NCBI RefSeq assembly: GCF_009914755.1
Contig: NC_060933.1
DNA length: 64,000 nt
Source of the DNA: the human T2T-CHM13v2.0 reference genome, Homo sapiens
Strand: one strand, 5' to 3'
The notes under the pieces: generated by a model
Databases searched by the model: none
What the model was told of the DNA's origin: nothing
What the model saw: the letters and a program-made list of their open reading frames with translations, nothing else
Program-made: the position numbers and the translations under genes
Shown: positions 36,822-50,310 of the stretch, piece by piece
Layout of the letters: the number at the start of each line of letters is the position of its first letter
How positions within the stretch are numbered: the stretch's first letter is position 1

Positions 36822-37351
36822 TGTGTCTGGAGTTGGTTCCTTCCGGTGAGTTTGTGGTCTCGCTGACTTCAGGAATGAAGCCGTGGACCTTCACGGTGAG
36901 TGTTACAGCTCATAAAGGTGGTGTGGACCCAAAGAGTGAGCAGCAGCAAGGTTTATTGTGGAGAGTGAAAGAACAAACCTCCCATAGCATGGAAGGGGAC
37001 CCCAGCGGGTTGCCACTGCTGGCTGGTGGCCAGCTTTTATTCCCTTTTTTGTCCCTGCCCATGTCCTGCTGATTGGCCCATTTTACAGAGTGCTGATTGG
37101 TCCATTTTACAGACTGCTGATTGGTCCATTTTACAAACCTCTAGCTAGCCACAGAGTGCTGATTGGTGTGTTTTTACAGAGCACTGATTGGTCCATTTTA
37201 CAAACCTCTAGCTAGCCACAGAGTGCTGATTGGTGCATTTTACAATCCTAGCTACAGAGTGCTGATTGGTGCATTTTACAATCCTCTTGTAAAACAGAAA
37301 AGTTCTCCAAGTCCCCACCCGACCCAGAAGTCCAGCTGGCTTCACCTTTCA
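36822..37351 (-). mobile_element. LTR12 family (LTR12F-like, ERV9) solo LTR
   Basis: TG...CA termini; perfect TSD CTTC (36818-36821, 37352-37355); gacccaaagagtgagcagcagcaag; tandem gctgattggt repeats. Confidence 0.93.
37033..37269 (-). promoter_or_regulatory. LTR12 U3 promoter/enhancer: 7 CCAAT (NF-Y) boxes and an AATAAAA TATA-like box, directed leftward
   Basis: ATTGG starts at 37072, 37096, 37120, 37162, 37187, 37229, 37265; gcttttattc at 37033-37042. Activity not shown. Confidence 0.6.
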
Positions 37352-37776
37352 CTTCTTCTGTTCCAGAAATAATATTCTGCAGAAACTTCCCATGCAGTAA
37401 ATAATACATTCCTTTTGCTCTCATTTCCCAAAGTAAAATAATCATAAACAGAATTTTAAGATATTTCTTGTAAGCCTTAGAGTTTATAAACATTCACTCA
37501 TTCAAAAATATTTATTAAGAACATGGTTCTAATAGGAAAGATAAGATATGTACACAGATATGTATAATGCAAGATTGCAAGGAAATGTCAAGGGCTGTCA
37601 CAGATAACATGGGTGAGGGTGAGAGGTGAGAGGGTGGAGAGAGAACCTGAAAGCAGTGAATTGAGGGAATGAAGAGAGAAGAATAACTTGAGAGATACTG
37701 AAGAAGAAGAAACAGAATTGCAAACAGCTGTTCACCTTCAACACAGAAAGCAGATGTAATAGAAATAAAAGACTTA

Positions 37777-38089
<313 letters not shown>

Positions 38090-38364
38090 TCAGATAGTCA
38101 AGAAAACTTACACTATTTGATTGACCACATGTCTATATGCCATTGCAAATACCCTTACAAATAGTTATTTAAAATAAAATACGTTTTTATTTAAATCTTT
38201 ATTTTTATACATGTTGCTTATCAAACATTATCATAGAAATTTCATTTTGATTCAAGAGCAGAGCAACCAGTTTGTGAAAACAAATCCTCGAAATTCTCAC
38301 AGGTAGAGCCTGATAGAGTTTTCTTCAAATTTATTGAATTTGACTTTATGAATATAGACTGAGA

Positions 38365-38600
38365 AGAAGTTTGAGACAACGGTTAAGACCATGGGCTCTG
38401 AAATTGGATTATATGGGTTCAAGCCCTCTCGCGTCATTTACTAGCTGTGTAAACTCAAGGAAGTTATTTAACTTCTCTATGGACTTCTAATCTGTAAATG
38501 AGGATAATGTAATTGCACCTCTTGCTTAAGTTTGTTATGAGAACTGCGTAAGTGCATAGAATAGTGTCTGGCTATAGTAGGCACTCAGTGAATATTATAT
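38365..38600 (+). mobile_element. MIR SINE
   Basis: ggttaagaccatgggctctg...tactagctgtgt...aagttatttaacttctct...tagtaggcactcagtgaat. Confidence 0.75.
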
Positions 38601-38797
38601 TTTGTTTAAAGCATTCTTTCTGATAGTAGAATTATTGTCTACATCCAGATATCGAGATCTTAATTTTTTCAAGAGTGACTGTGAAAACTTAAATCATTGT
38701 TTAACTTAAATTCATTAAATGCAATGCAGACGTTGGCATTTCTAAGTATAAATTCATCAGGAGGGAATTTCAGTTTGTGCAACAGGACTACATTTGA

Positions 38798-39129
<332 letters not shown>

Positions 39130-40382
39130 TAACTTTTATAAATATATTTGGAAAGGCCTAGTGGACATAGACTCCCTCCCCCTCAATTCTGTCTCTATAC
39201 TCATAACCTCAAGTGGGCAATGTGTTTCTCAGCACCCTGAAAGCTGCTGGGGTGCCAGCGTTTTGGCACTTCACCTTCGATGAGCCCCCGATGATGAGAA
39301 CTTGATTCTTCTCTGGGAAAAGGCATCTTCTTTCTTCCCTTTCTTTCTCTTCTGTGTAAAAGGGTGGCGAGAGGAGGAATTAAGATCGCTTTTGTTAACT
39401 CATATCTCATGGCTCTGAGGACAAGGGACCTGCTTCTAGTTCTGCCTTTGACCTAGGAAATGAGGCTTTAACCAAATTAAAATGCAAGGATTGTTATTTG
39501 AGGACTAACGGAAATAGTGTATGTGAAGCTCAGGTGTCTGGCACATAGTAAACACTCAATAAATGGTAGCTATTTTGAGTTATTTTTCTAAAGTGTAATG
39601 AGAGTAAGCAAGTAGAGACCTTGAATAAAGAAAATCTTTCAAGAGTCTTGGCACTAAGCCAGGGAGGGATATAGGATTGAGAGGTCTTTTTAATTTTGCT
39701 TACTTGTTTTATTTCTATTTTAAAGATGAGATATATCAACTTAAGATATTAACTTGAGAAGCACATCCAAACAGAAAAATGTCTTTGCTGATGTCTCTTC
39801 CATGATGCTGAAGTAGATCCAAATAATTCCCCTGGCAATATCCCATTTCTCACACCTCACCCTCTTCAGAACAAGCCTTTCTCCTCCTCTACCTACCCTT
39901 ATCAGCTTTCCCTCCTTCTTCCTTCTCTTTTCTGGCTCTCATGATGCCCACTTTAGATCCTTACTATGTACATTAAGTTCATCTCTTTTTTCTTTCATTC
40001 CTTGGCTGCTTCTTCCTCTCTGGTCATGTCATCCTCTGACCAGTCCCATATCAATAAGTAGTTTTTTGTTGTTGTTTGTTTGTTTGTTTGTTTTTCATTA
40101 CAAAGGTTAATGGGATCAAGACAGGGATAGGGAATAAACATAATTGATAGAGTAACGTCCTTGGAAGGGATAGGGTTGAGAATCCAGATGAAGAATTAGC
40201 TTTGGGCTGCAGGATACTTGGTCATCTGAAACCAGACAGAAGCAAGAAAAAGTAAGTAGAATATCAGATACTCACGAAGGAGTCAGAAACATGAGGGAGC
40301 CTCTACTTTTTTCTGTAAGGAAGGAGGCAGTGTCATCTTCTGAAAGTAAGAAGGGTAGTCACCAAGGTGAGGGGCTAGAAGG

Positions 40383-40829
40383 TGTTAAACAAAAATTATA
40401 GGAGGCCATCGTTTTGGACAAAGCTTCTGCACTAGGCCCCAACAGACCAGACCAAACCAAATGGAGTCACTCATGCTAAACGCCACATCATCAAACAGAA
40501 ACTCTAAGGAAACAGATGGATTTCAAAACAGACTAGTTTTTTGTGAGATCGAGAGATTCCAATCTACCTGAGTCAGGGTAATGAGGAAATCCCCTCTGCT
40601 CTAACCCTTGCAAAAATGTAAGTTGAAGTAACCTGATATTAAGCAGTCAGCTTTTTTTTCCCCTATTGTTCAGTTTCCTTGTTCCCACCTTACAAAATCC
40701 ACTGTTTTTGCCATTGCCCAGTGGGGGCTCTCATTCTATTTTGTAGAATGGAAGCTGCCAGATTCATGAATTACAAATGATAGACAATTAGATCTGTAAC
40801 TAAATTTGTTGTTGTTTTGTCTTTTGACA
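40383..40829 (+). mobile_element. MER31(A)-like ERV1 solo LTR
   Basis: TGT...ACA termini; ctgcactaggccccaacagaccagaccaaaccaaatggagtcactcatgct; TSD AAGG / ATGG. Confidence 0.85.
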
Positions 40830-42569
40830 ATGGGAATGAGCTGAAGGACCAGGACAGGCATGGATAGCCTGGGAGAGGAAGCTGATTGGGCTGACGAAGG
40901 CTCTCCAGGCTGTCTTTAAAGTTTGGGAAAAGGAAAAAAGAAAAACTGGTTTTATACCGGATGAGAGCATAAAATAGAAAAATGATGACTATGAGATGAA
41001 AGAAAAAACATAAACTATGTCATAGAACAAAAAAGAAAAGGCACAATTACTGTAAGAAGGTGTAAAAGTGAGTGAGTAAATTAAGAAATGAGCAGCATTT
41101 CCCATTTTTACATTCTTGGGCCATTTCCTTTACTCCATCCTCCCATCGGGGATTAAAGGCTTTCATTAAAGCCCCCCTTCCTGTTTTCCCATTCCACGGG
41201 CATAAAGAAATAAAGCACATACGGAATGGGATCACTGAATTTTGGGAGTAGCCAGGGGCTGTTAAAATAAGAAATTGTTGACTATTTGCCTACTTTCCCA
41301 TTTTCCTCATTCTTTCTTTATCCTTGCTGTCTCCTTTCCCCTCTATGTTCTTATTTCTTCATCTATTTTAACTGTTTTAAGATTTCTCACTGTTTATTTT
41401 AACAGCCTTTCCTCCACTTATGCATTCCCTAAGCTTTTCTTTTAATTTGAATGTTATATTGTCACTGTAAGACTCTAGAAATTAGAGTATGGGGGAAGAA
41501 GGATTACAAAAGATTAAAAAATTAGAAGAAATTGGCTCAATGAGAAACTGGAAGATTTAGAATGAATGCACAATTTGTGAAACAAAAAGAGAGGCATAAT
41601 AAATGGGGAAGAAGCAGAATGAACGGAAGATATGAAATAAAGGTAGAAATAAAACATATTAAGGAAATAAGGGAATAAAAATTAAGGAATAGGTATATTT
41701 TACATAGATACTATACAGCAAATTTGAGTTTGATGTTTCTTCCCTCCCTTCCCCCACCAATAACCCTCATAGTCATTTTTCAGTTATAAATAATTTTTTA
41801 CTCATTGGCTTTACTCTTCTGGTCATCCCATCTGGGAAAAGAACATAAAAAGTTGCCATTTACACATGAGGCAAAGAGCAGTTTAATGAAAAATCTGGGA
41901 GGGAAGAAAGTGCACATTTTCATGAATAAGCTTTCACATGACTTGGTCAATCTGGAGGGTTCACATTTTATATATTAGAACTTCATTTAAAAAAAGAATT
42001 TTGTGTTTTCATGTTTTTCTCATTAAGGCTGAGTTCACCTCCGTTTCTGTCCATTCTATTTTCCTCATTTACTACAGTCCGTCAGGTGAACGCATGCCCC
42101 AAACAAATGCAGCATGAGCTGTTACAAAACGCAGGGAGAGGAATTGATCCTTCCCACCAAAGAGAAGCCTTTATGCTGAAGGAGCTACAGACATCCCGAC
42201 TGGTCTTGATGGAAAACCCCTGTGGGTAGCGTGTGTCTCCTGCTAGTTCATCTCCTCTGTCCCAGAAGGTGTGCTAGAATATTTGAGTATTTATGCGGTC
42301 TTCTCTAGACTGTTGAGTTCTTATTCTGGCTGAAATCATGAAAATGAAATGCACTTGAATGGGTGGAAATGCTTTGGGGTGAAATGATAATGTTTGTATG
42401 TTTGGTTTAAATAATGATGCTTACATTGGACTTTCCCTTTAGGCTAATCACTACATTAATTATCTGGGTTTTCCATTCATCTTTTCCCTCATGTTTAAAG
42501 TTTGATTTTCTTCTTGCTGTCAAAAATCAGTAGGTCTTTGTGTTTGGCTTTCTTACAGTATAATAGTAA

Positions 42570-42795
42570 TATCAATCATGTCTACCATTTATTGAATACC
42601 TACTTTGTCCCAGGTACTGTTTGGATATTTTATCTTTAGTTTTTTGAGAAACTTTTGGGACAAATATTAGTCCTATTTTATAAATGATAAAGCTATGGCT
42701 TAGAAAAGTTAAGGTTCTTGCCCAAGGCATTATGCCTATTTTAGAATAGGGCCTCACCTGTGTCTGGGACATTGACTCCTTCACTACATGCTGTG
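42570..42795 (-). mobile_element. MIR SINE
   Basis: ccatttattgaatacctactttgtcccaggtactgt...cctattttataaatga...cttgcccaagg. Confidence 0.75.
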
Positions 42796-44689
42796 ACATA
42801 ATCCCACATTGCTGGTTGAGATTGGGTTAATAGAACAGAAGCCTTCACTTGGAGAAGAAAGAATTTTCTTCTTTTTCACAGAGAAGGAGACGGTTCCTTT
42901 AATGAAATGCGTGTAGAAATGTGGAATTTACACTTGATGAAGGGCCATGATGTTACTGGCTCTGTAAAGAAGCAGGGAAAGAAAAATGAGCCAATTTTTA
43001 AAACTATGTATCACCGAGAACCCATTTGGAGCAGGAGAGGGGGGATTAGACTTTGATTCCCTTCACATGCTCCTGGTGAACTATCTCACCGTCATCAGTA
43101 AGGATGATTTTAAAGACAGCCAAGGGATGAAAGAAAAACATCAATGTTTGCACCTTTAATTTAAAGTGTAGTGGTTTTCGATGTTTTCTTTTTCCCTTCC
43201 CTAGCATGTAAAATACTGTTTCTAGACAGGTCAATGAAATATTTTTCCTGTACTACATCTTGGCTTCTTCCTGATTGCTTCTGCTTCTCCTGTAGCTGCT
43301 GGTACAAGAGAATGATAAAGCAGACTCATGCAATGATTGTGTAGATTGACTTGCTGCTAGAGAATTTTGACCGGGGGCAGGTAGCATGCTCTTCCTTGCA
43401 AAGTGCCTTGGAAAATGAGTGGCTTTTAAAACCACTTACCGTGATTATGTGTGTGTTTTCTAGGCTGGCAAATACAAAAGGGTGGCTCAAGTTCAGAGAT
43501 CTGTTAAGTCTTTAGGATGTCAGTGAAGACTACGTCTTTCTGTAGTGAACTCTAGGAATGGTTATATTACTAGTTGCCAAGCATATTGCCACATCTCACA
43601 GTCTTATCACATGTGACCTTCTCATTTAGATTTGCTTGGAAATTTTAATTTTTCCAGAATCCTGGCAGGAGAGATAACTCCAAAATGCATGTCTAAATAT
43701 AGCCACTTTTCCTTTCAACTGTGGTAAGATTACGTTTTTCTTTTTTTAATGGCGAGAACTGCTTTAGGGTGGGAAGAGTGTGAGGAATGTTTGTTTTGGA
43801 GAACCTCTACTGGCACATGGAGTCTTCGAGTACAGCAAAGAAAGAAATATCAGTATCTCCAGAGAAACAAAGGAGCCATAAAATCCAGAGCCTGTTTAGA
43901 GGTATGTTAATGGCAGGAAGGAGACCAGGGCTTCAGGATGTACCCTGAATATGTGTGAGACTGCATTATGAACGACATCACAGTGTACTTCTTGTGGTTT
44001 TCTTGCAATTACCCCTCAGCCCAACTGAACACCTACTGAAAAGAGATCTCCACTAACAGAGTTCTAAGTTATGATGAACAATGCTCATTATAACACAGCT
44101 CTGCGAGTCTGGTCCTCTGTACAGACTTCCAAATGATTTTCAGATGCCAAATTGAAGGATGACAAATATACAGAGGGAACACGTGAAAACTGCAGTAAGA
44201 TCGCACTGAAACAGAACATCAAACAATAGAACATCTGAATAAATGTGAAGTAAACCCTGTGTTCTCTCCTTAGACATTTCTTTAAATGAGGTAGAAGGGG
44301 ACAGCTAGACTAGGATCCATTTCTGGCCCAACCATGTACATACCATCCCTTTGAGAGTTTCTGAAATGCACTAAGATTAACTTTCCTAATCTATTAATTC
44401 TATATTATAGGACTGTGGGGTTTTGTGAGGGAAGGGAGTTATTAAATAAGGTAACTTAAATTACAAATGTCGCAAAGTCTTCTATACTTTCTTGTAGCTA
44501 TTGTCTTTCCCTGACTCTTCAGGGAGTTTTCTGTAGACACTGCTTTTGGCTGTGGAGAAAGTGGTAAGGAGAGGACACTGTCACCCCGGGTTAAAGACTT
44601 TTTTCCTTTGAGTATATGTTTAAGGCATTTGAGTACATGTTTAAGGCCTTTCATTTGCAAAAGGTAGGCCTAGGACAGAGAAATAGTTC

Positions 44690-44853
44690 TCTGATCATGG
44701 GGTCATCAGCTACCCACAGAGATCAGCCAAGCCAACTCAGACCAGAACTGCCCAGCTGACCCCCAGAATCATCAGAAAATTTTTTAAAGTGATAATTACT
44801 TTAAGCCACTGTGTTTCAGGGTTGTTTGTTACTGAGCAATGAATAACAGATGT
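44690..44853 (+). mobile_element. MLT1 LTR 3' fragment
   Basis: agaactgcccagctgacccccagaatcat...tttaagccactgtgtttcagggttgtttgttactgagcaat. Confidence 0.7.
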
Positions 44854-45109
44854 GAGGCTTCTCAGATGATGGAAGCATCCTGGTTGACTGTCCCCTTGGA
44901 CTAAGGTTAGATCCTGAATTAATCAGATCTTTGCCACAGCAAGACTATTTTAAACTGAAAGACACTGTCCTACCTTGAGGCTACAAATGAAAAGTAGTTT
45001 TTCTTCCAGCCAGTTAGAACTTGAGGGCCTGTGACGAGGCCAAGCTCAGGTATGGAGGAAAAATGTTACATTCCTCTACTTTTGAATACCTTTTTATGAA
45101 AATTGACAA

Positions 45110-45270
45110 CAGTGCTCCTGAAACTTTACTGTACATATGAATCACCTGGGGTCTGGTTAATGCAGATTCTGATTCAGTAGGTCTAGAATAGGCCCCAGAT
45201 TCTGCATTTGTAACAGGCTGCCAGGTAATGGTGATACTGCTGCTCATTGCTTTGTGGACCATATTTTGAG
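45110..45270. mobile_element. MER5-like hAT-Charlie element
   Basis: gaatcacctgggg...aatgcagattctgattcagtaggtct...ttctgcatttgtaaca...ggaccatattttgag. Confidence 0.8.
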
Positions 45271-45297
45271 GCTTTACATTACCAAATGCTTAGTACC

Positions 45298-45701
45298 TGT
45301 ATTAGTCTGTTCTCACACTGCTATAAAGACATACTTGAGACCAGGGCTATAAAGACCTGATGCTGGGTAATTCAAGAAGAAAAGATGTTTAATTGACTCA
45401 CAGTTACATATGCTGTACAGGAAGTGTAGCTGGGGAGGCCTTAGGAAAATTACAGTCATGTTGGAGGGCAAAGGGGAAGCAGGCACTATCCTCACATGGC
45501 AAAACAGGAGAGACAGCGAGTGAAGGGGGAAGTGCCACACACTTTTAAACCGCCATATCTCATGAGAACTCATGATCACAAGAACAGCAAGAGGGAAATC
45601 TGCCCCGTGATTCAATCACCTCTCACCAGGTCCCTCCCCCAACATTGGGAATTACAATTCAACATGAGATTTCGGTAGGGACACAGAGCCAAACCATATC
45701 A
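45298..45701 (-). mobile_element. MSTA-like MaLR solo LTR
   Basis: TGTATTAGTC...CCAAACCATATCA; perfect TSD GTACC; small internal duplication of gctataaagac. Confidence 0.94.
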
Positions 45702-48700
45702 GTACCTGATCATGTTGATGATACTTAGCAAATGTTAGGTCCTTCCTCCTTCAATGCCCTCATCTCTCTCTTTCACAGCTCCCTAAGAAGTCTTATTTGA
45801 AGAGTGTTGAATCCAAAAACACCCTCATAGGCATCAGGAATGGGGTACCTGCCCCACCGGGATGTGTATGTCTCATTCCTTTGCCTCCTGTAACTTCATA
45901 GGCAATCTTGCCATCTGCTGAATTGTGGTTGGATCTCTGATGTCCTCTGGGTCAAACCCAATAGGATTCCTTTTACCAGTGCTCCCTTTCCTTGACATTC
46001 CTCCTCCACTCGTCACTACAGAGCACCTTAATGCGGAAATGTTCTCCTCCCACTGATGTTGTTGTGCTTAATGAGCTCTCCTGATTGTACTTCCATGTCT
46101 CCTAGATCACCTTACTCTTTCCTTGTCTCTCTTATTTCTCCCATTCTCTTCCAACATGCCTTGTAAACATCTTGCAGAGAACTGCCTCTGTGTACAGCTT
46201 CTAAATCTACACTTTGGGACTTTATCTTCCAATATTTTGTGTCCACTCAGTAATACACATTCACTGAACTCCTCCTATAGTGCCAACTCCCTGGGGATGC
46301 AGACATAAATACTGTGCTTCCTTCCCTCCCAGAGCACACAGTCAAATGGGGTCACATTACAAGCAAAATTTGGATGGGCAGAGGCATTTAAATGATGCTA
46401 TTGTGGAGAGTCTGGGCTATTTTTCTCTTTTACCCAACATAGAAAATCTGATCCACCAACTTTCCCACCTAAATCTTTCCTCAGAATTGACCCTTTGCCT
46501 GCATTTCTTGGACTATTCCCTGGGTGTCTGGCTTTATGATCCACCCAGATTCCCACATTATCCTCCAAGATCTAGTGTTGCCAATTGCCAGACATCCTTT
46601 GAGGGTAGGGGTGGTGTTACTCATTCTATGGTTAAATGAATGAAGTGTCTCCACTGAAAACAATGAGGAATTTACTTTGATATGGTTCTAAAAGATTTCT
46701 CTTACTTTCACCTTGCTCCTTGAGATTATTTCAAACAGTACGTTAGTCATAAAGAATTTTTAAACAAAAAATGCTGTTTATTTACATTTAATTTGAAGAC
46801 AGGTAATAATAAAGAATTCAAGCTACCTAGCCCTTCCTTTTGCAATACCTTTTCCATACAAGAGTTCCAAAAGCTTTTAGTAATGTTAGCTGTAAAATGA
46901 ATATTCAGTTTTAACTTCAGCTATGAAAAGAACGGTTATCCACCTTTAAAATTTCACCCTTCTTTTTAAAAAGCAAAAAATTAATTCTTAAATCCTTGAT
47001 ACATGATGAATTGTGGTTTTCCCCACTCCAGTAGTATTTGGCTGACATTTCACTTCATGCTTGTCACATTTATAGTCCCAAACTAGCAACACATGGTGCA
47101 GGAAAGGAGTTATAGGCAGTGGGTGGCAGGATTTGTTGTAAATGATGTGAGAATGTCGGTTACTCATTCTTGTTTCTCAAGTAGGTTTCTCCCCACTTGC
47201 ACCTTCTCTATTCCAAGCTCAGATGATAGTAATAATTTTATGGCAGCATATAAATGCCAGCGAAGTCAAAGAATGCATAATAAAACAAGCATCCGAAAAC
47301 CATTAATTCATCATATCTGTGCTTAACTGTTTTTTTAAATCAACAAAATATTATTTTAGCTCTAACTCCCTCCCTCTTTGTTGCAGGACTAGTGTTCTTT
47401 TAGGACTCACTGTCTAAGAGTTGCTTGATAAAGAGTGCTGAAGAATGTTATTTTAAACGAACTTGAAAATATACTGTTGGTTCATGGAAAATGATCACTG
47501 GTTTACCATTTCAAAATAAAGGGCAACAAAACGACAAATTGCTGAGTGTTGAACCTTCGATTTGATATGGTTCAGCTTTTTAGCTCTGCATGATTTCTCA
47601 ACCATGATGGTTAGTGGTGAGGTAATTACTGGAGCCAGTGTAATTAGGGACTATATCACATTAAAGACACTGGAATACTTGGGTTCAGAATTACTTCTGT
47701 GTTCCCCACAAATTTGCTATCAGACTTCTTCATGCAAAATTTTAAAATGTTTCTCTCCTTTCTGAGAATTTTGAGAATTTCTTTATTTAATAAGGGGGCT
47801 CTCTTTTCCCTTTTGATTTTTCTACTTGACAGAAGGTTTACCTGGGCTCATTCTGTAATTTTGTGTACCTTTATCCAAATTTGCTTTTATTCCTTATATG
47901 CTTACCTAATAATCTGATCCAGCTTCTTCACTTTGTGACATTTTAATTTGATTTATATTGTATTCTGCATGTAGTCATCGTGTGTCTTTTTATGTTTCCC
48001 TGTTTAACATTTTCGGATCCTTTAGACTGACTCCAAAGAATTTCTTTGCTGTTTTGGATTTCTTCTCAGCAATCTTTCTCACTTATTTTTGAGAAAGCAC
48101 AATGAGCTGAATATTAAAGACTATATTCTTTAATCGTCATCTTCCTTTCTTTAAAGCTCTAAATTTCATAGTTACCCAAATTTTCTATGCTTTCATGGAC
48201 AAAAATCAAGGTGTCCAAGAAAGCAATTTGTCAGTACATACCAAAGGTCTTATAAATGATGTGGTAGAAGTATATTTATTGATGGGTAAGGGATGTTCAC
48301 GAAATATTGTTAGGTGAATAAATAACTTTCAAAAATTAATATATACATTGGGATCTCATTTTTATGTATTTTTATAGATATGCTAAATATTTTATATTTA
48401 GGATATAATATATAGAAAGAAAAACCTGTGAGGATAGGTACCAATATAACAAACTGTTTTATTGTGAAATATTTAAATATATAAAATGTGAAGAAAACAT
48501 ATAAGGTAAATAAATAGTCATACACAATAGTCAACTTGTGTGCCCATTGCCAAGTTTCACCAGTCTTACAGACATATAGTAATGATACCATGGGATGGAA
48601 TCCTCCTATACAGCCTTACTATATTTCATCCCCTTCCTTCCTCCTATGCAGCCTTGCTATATTTCATCCCCTTCCTTCCTCACCCAAAGTATGATGATCC

Positions 48701-49519
48701 CAAAGGTAGTATTCATTATTCTCATGTGCATTTCTAAATTATTACTAAATTTGTAGGCATCTATAAATCATATATAGTATTAATGTTACATTTTTAAAAT
48801 TATTTCACTTAGTATATAACACCACTTGCTTTTTTCTTAAAATCATGTTTTTGAGATTTATCCTTATTTACACACATAGTTCTAGTTTATTTATTTTCAT
48901 TTGTTTTTTTAATTGATTTTGAATTTAATTGCATTATAATCAAATAACATTAACTATAAAATGGTTTTTTAGATTTTCTTTAAGACAGATTACCAGGCCA
49001 TTTATTGTAACTGTAGGCTTGAAAAAGTATTCACACTCTAGAAGTTGAGTGCAGAGCTATGAATTAGTTGTTCACATTTTCTCTGTTCTAATTTTTTTGT
49101 TTGATCTATCTATCGAATGACATGTTTTTGAAGTTTTCCTCTAAAATTCTCAATTTCTTCTAATAGTTCTGGAAATTTTGCCTTCTGTATTTTGAGGCTG
49201 CATTGTTAGGTACATAAACATTCAAAATTGCTGTACCTTTCTGATGAGGAATTTATATCTTTTTTCATATGTAATGTTCTTATTTATGCCTATTAATGCT
49301 TCTTTGTTTGATATTTAACAAAATTAGGCCTGTTTTATTTTGGATAATATTCATCAACTAGTTTTTAAATCCTATATTTTGAACCTTTTTATGTCCCTGA
49401 ATTTTACACATTTTTTTGTAAATAGATATCTGGATTTTGTTATTTTTTTTCTATTTCATAAGTAAATTTAGTCTTTTATACTTCTTATTAATGATTTATT
49501 TATATCTATTTATACTTAA

Positions 49520-49879
<360 letters not shown>

Positions 49880-50009
49880 TAATTGCTTCCTTTCTAGACT
49901 TTTCATTTTCTAAATTTTCTCTGATCTCCTTTTTTCCTCTCTACTGGTTTGGAATTTAAGTATTCTATTTCGATTTTTTGTTGTTGTTGTTGTTGTTTAA
50001 TAGCACTGA

Positions 50010-50310
<301 letters not shown>

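Noticed and set aside
37060-37290. Regularly spaced gctgattggt repeats superficially like a CRISPR array
   Set aside because: They are the known internal tandem repeats of LTR12; spacers are not unique, and the DNA is eukaryotic with no cas genes
43295-43380. Plus-strand exon-like block (long pyrimidine tract plus tag, donor CAG|gtagca)
   Set aside because: Weak donor and no supporting evidence; such pseudo-exons are common
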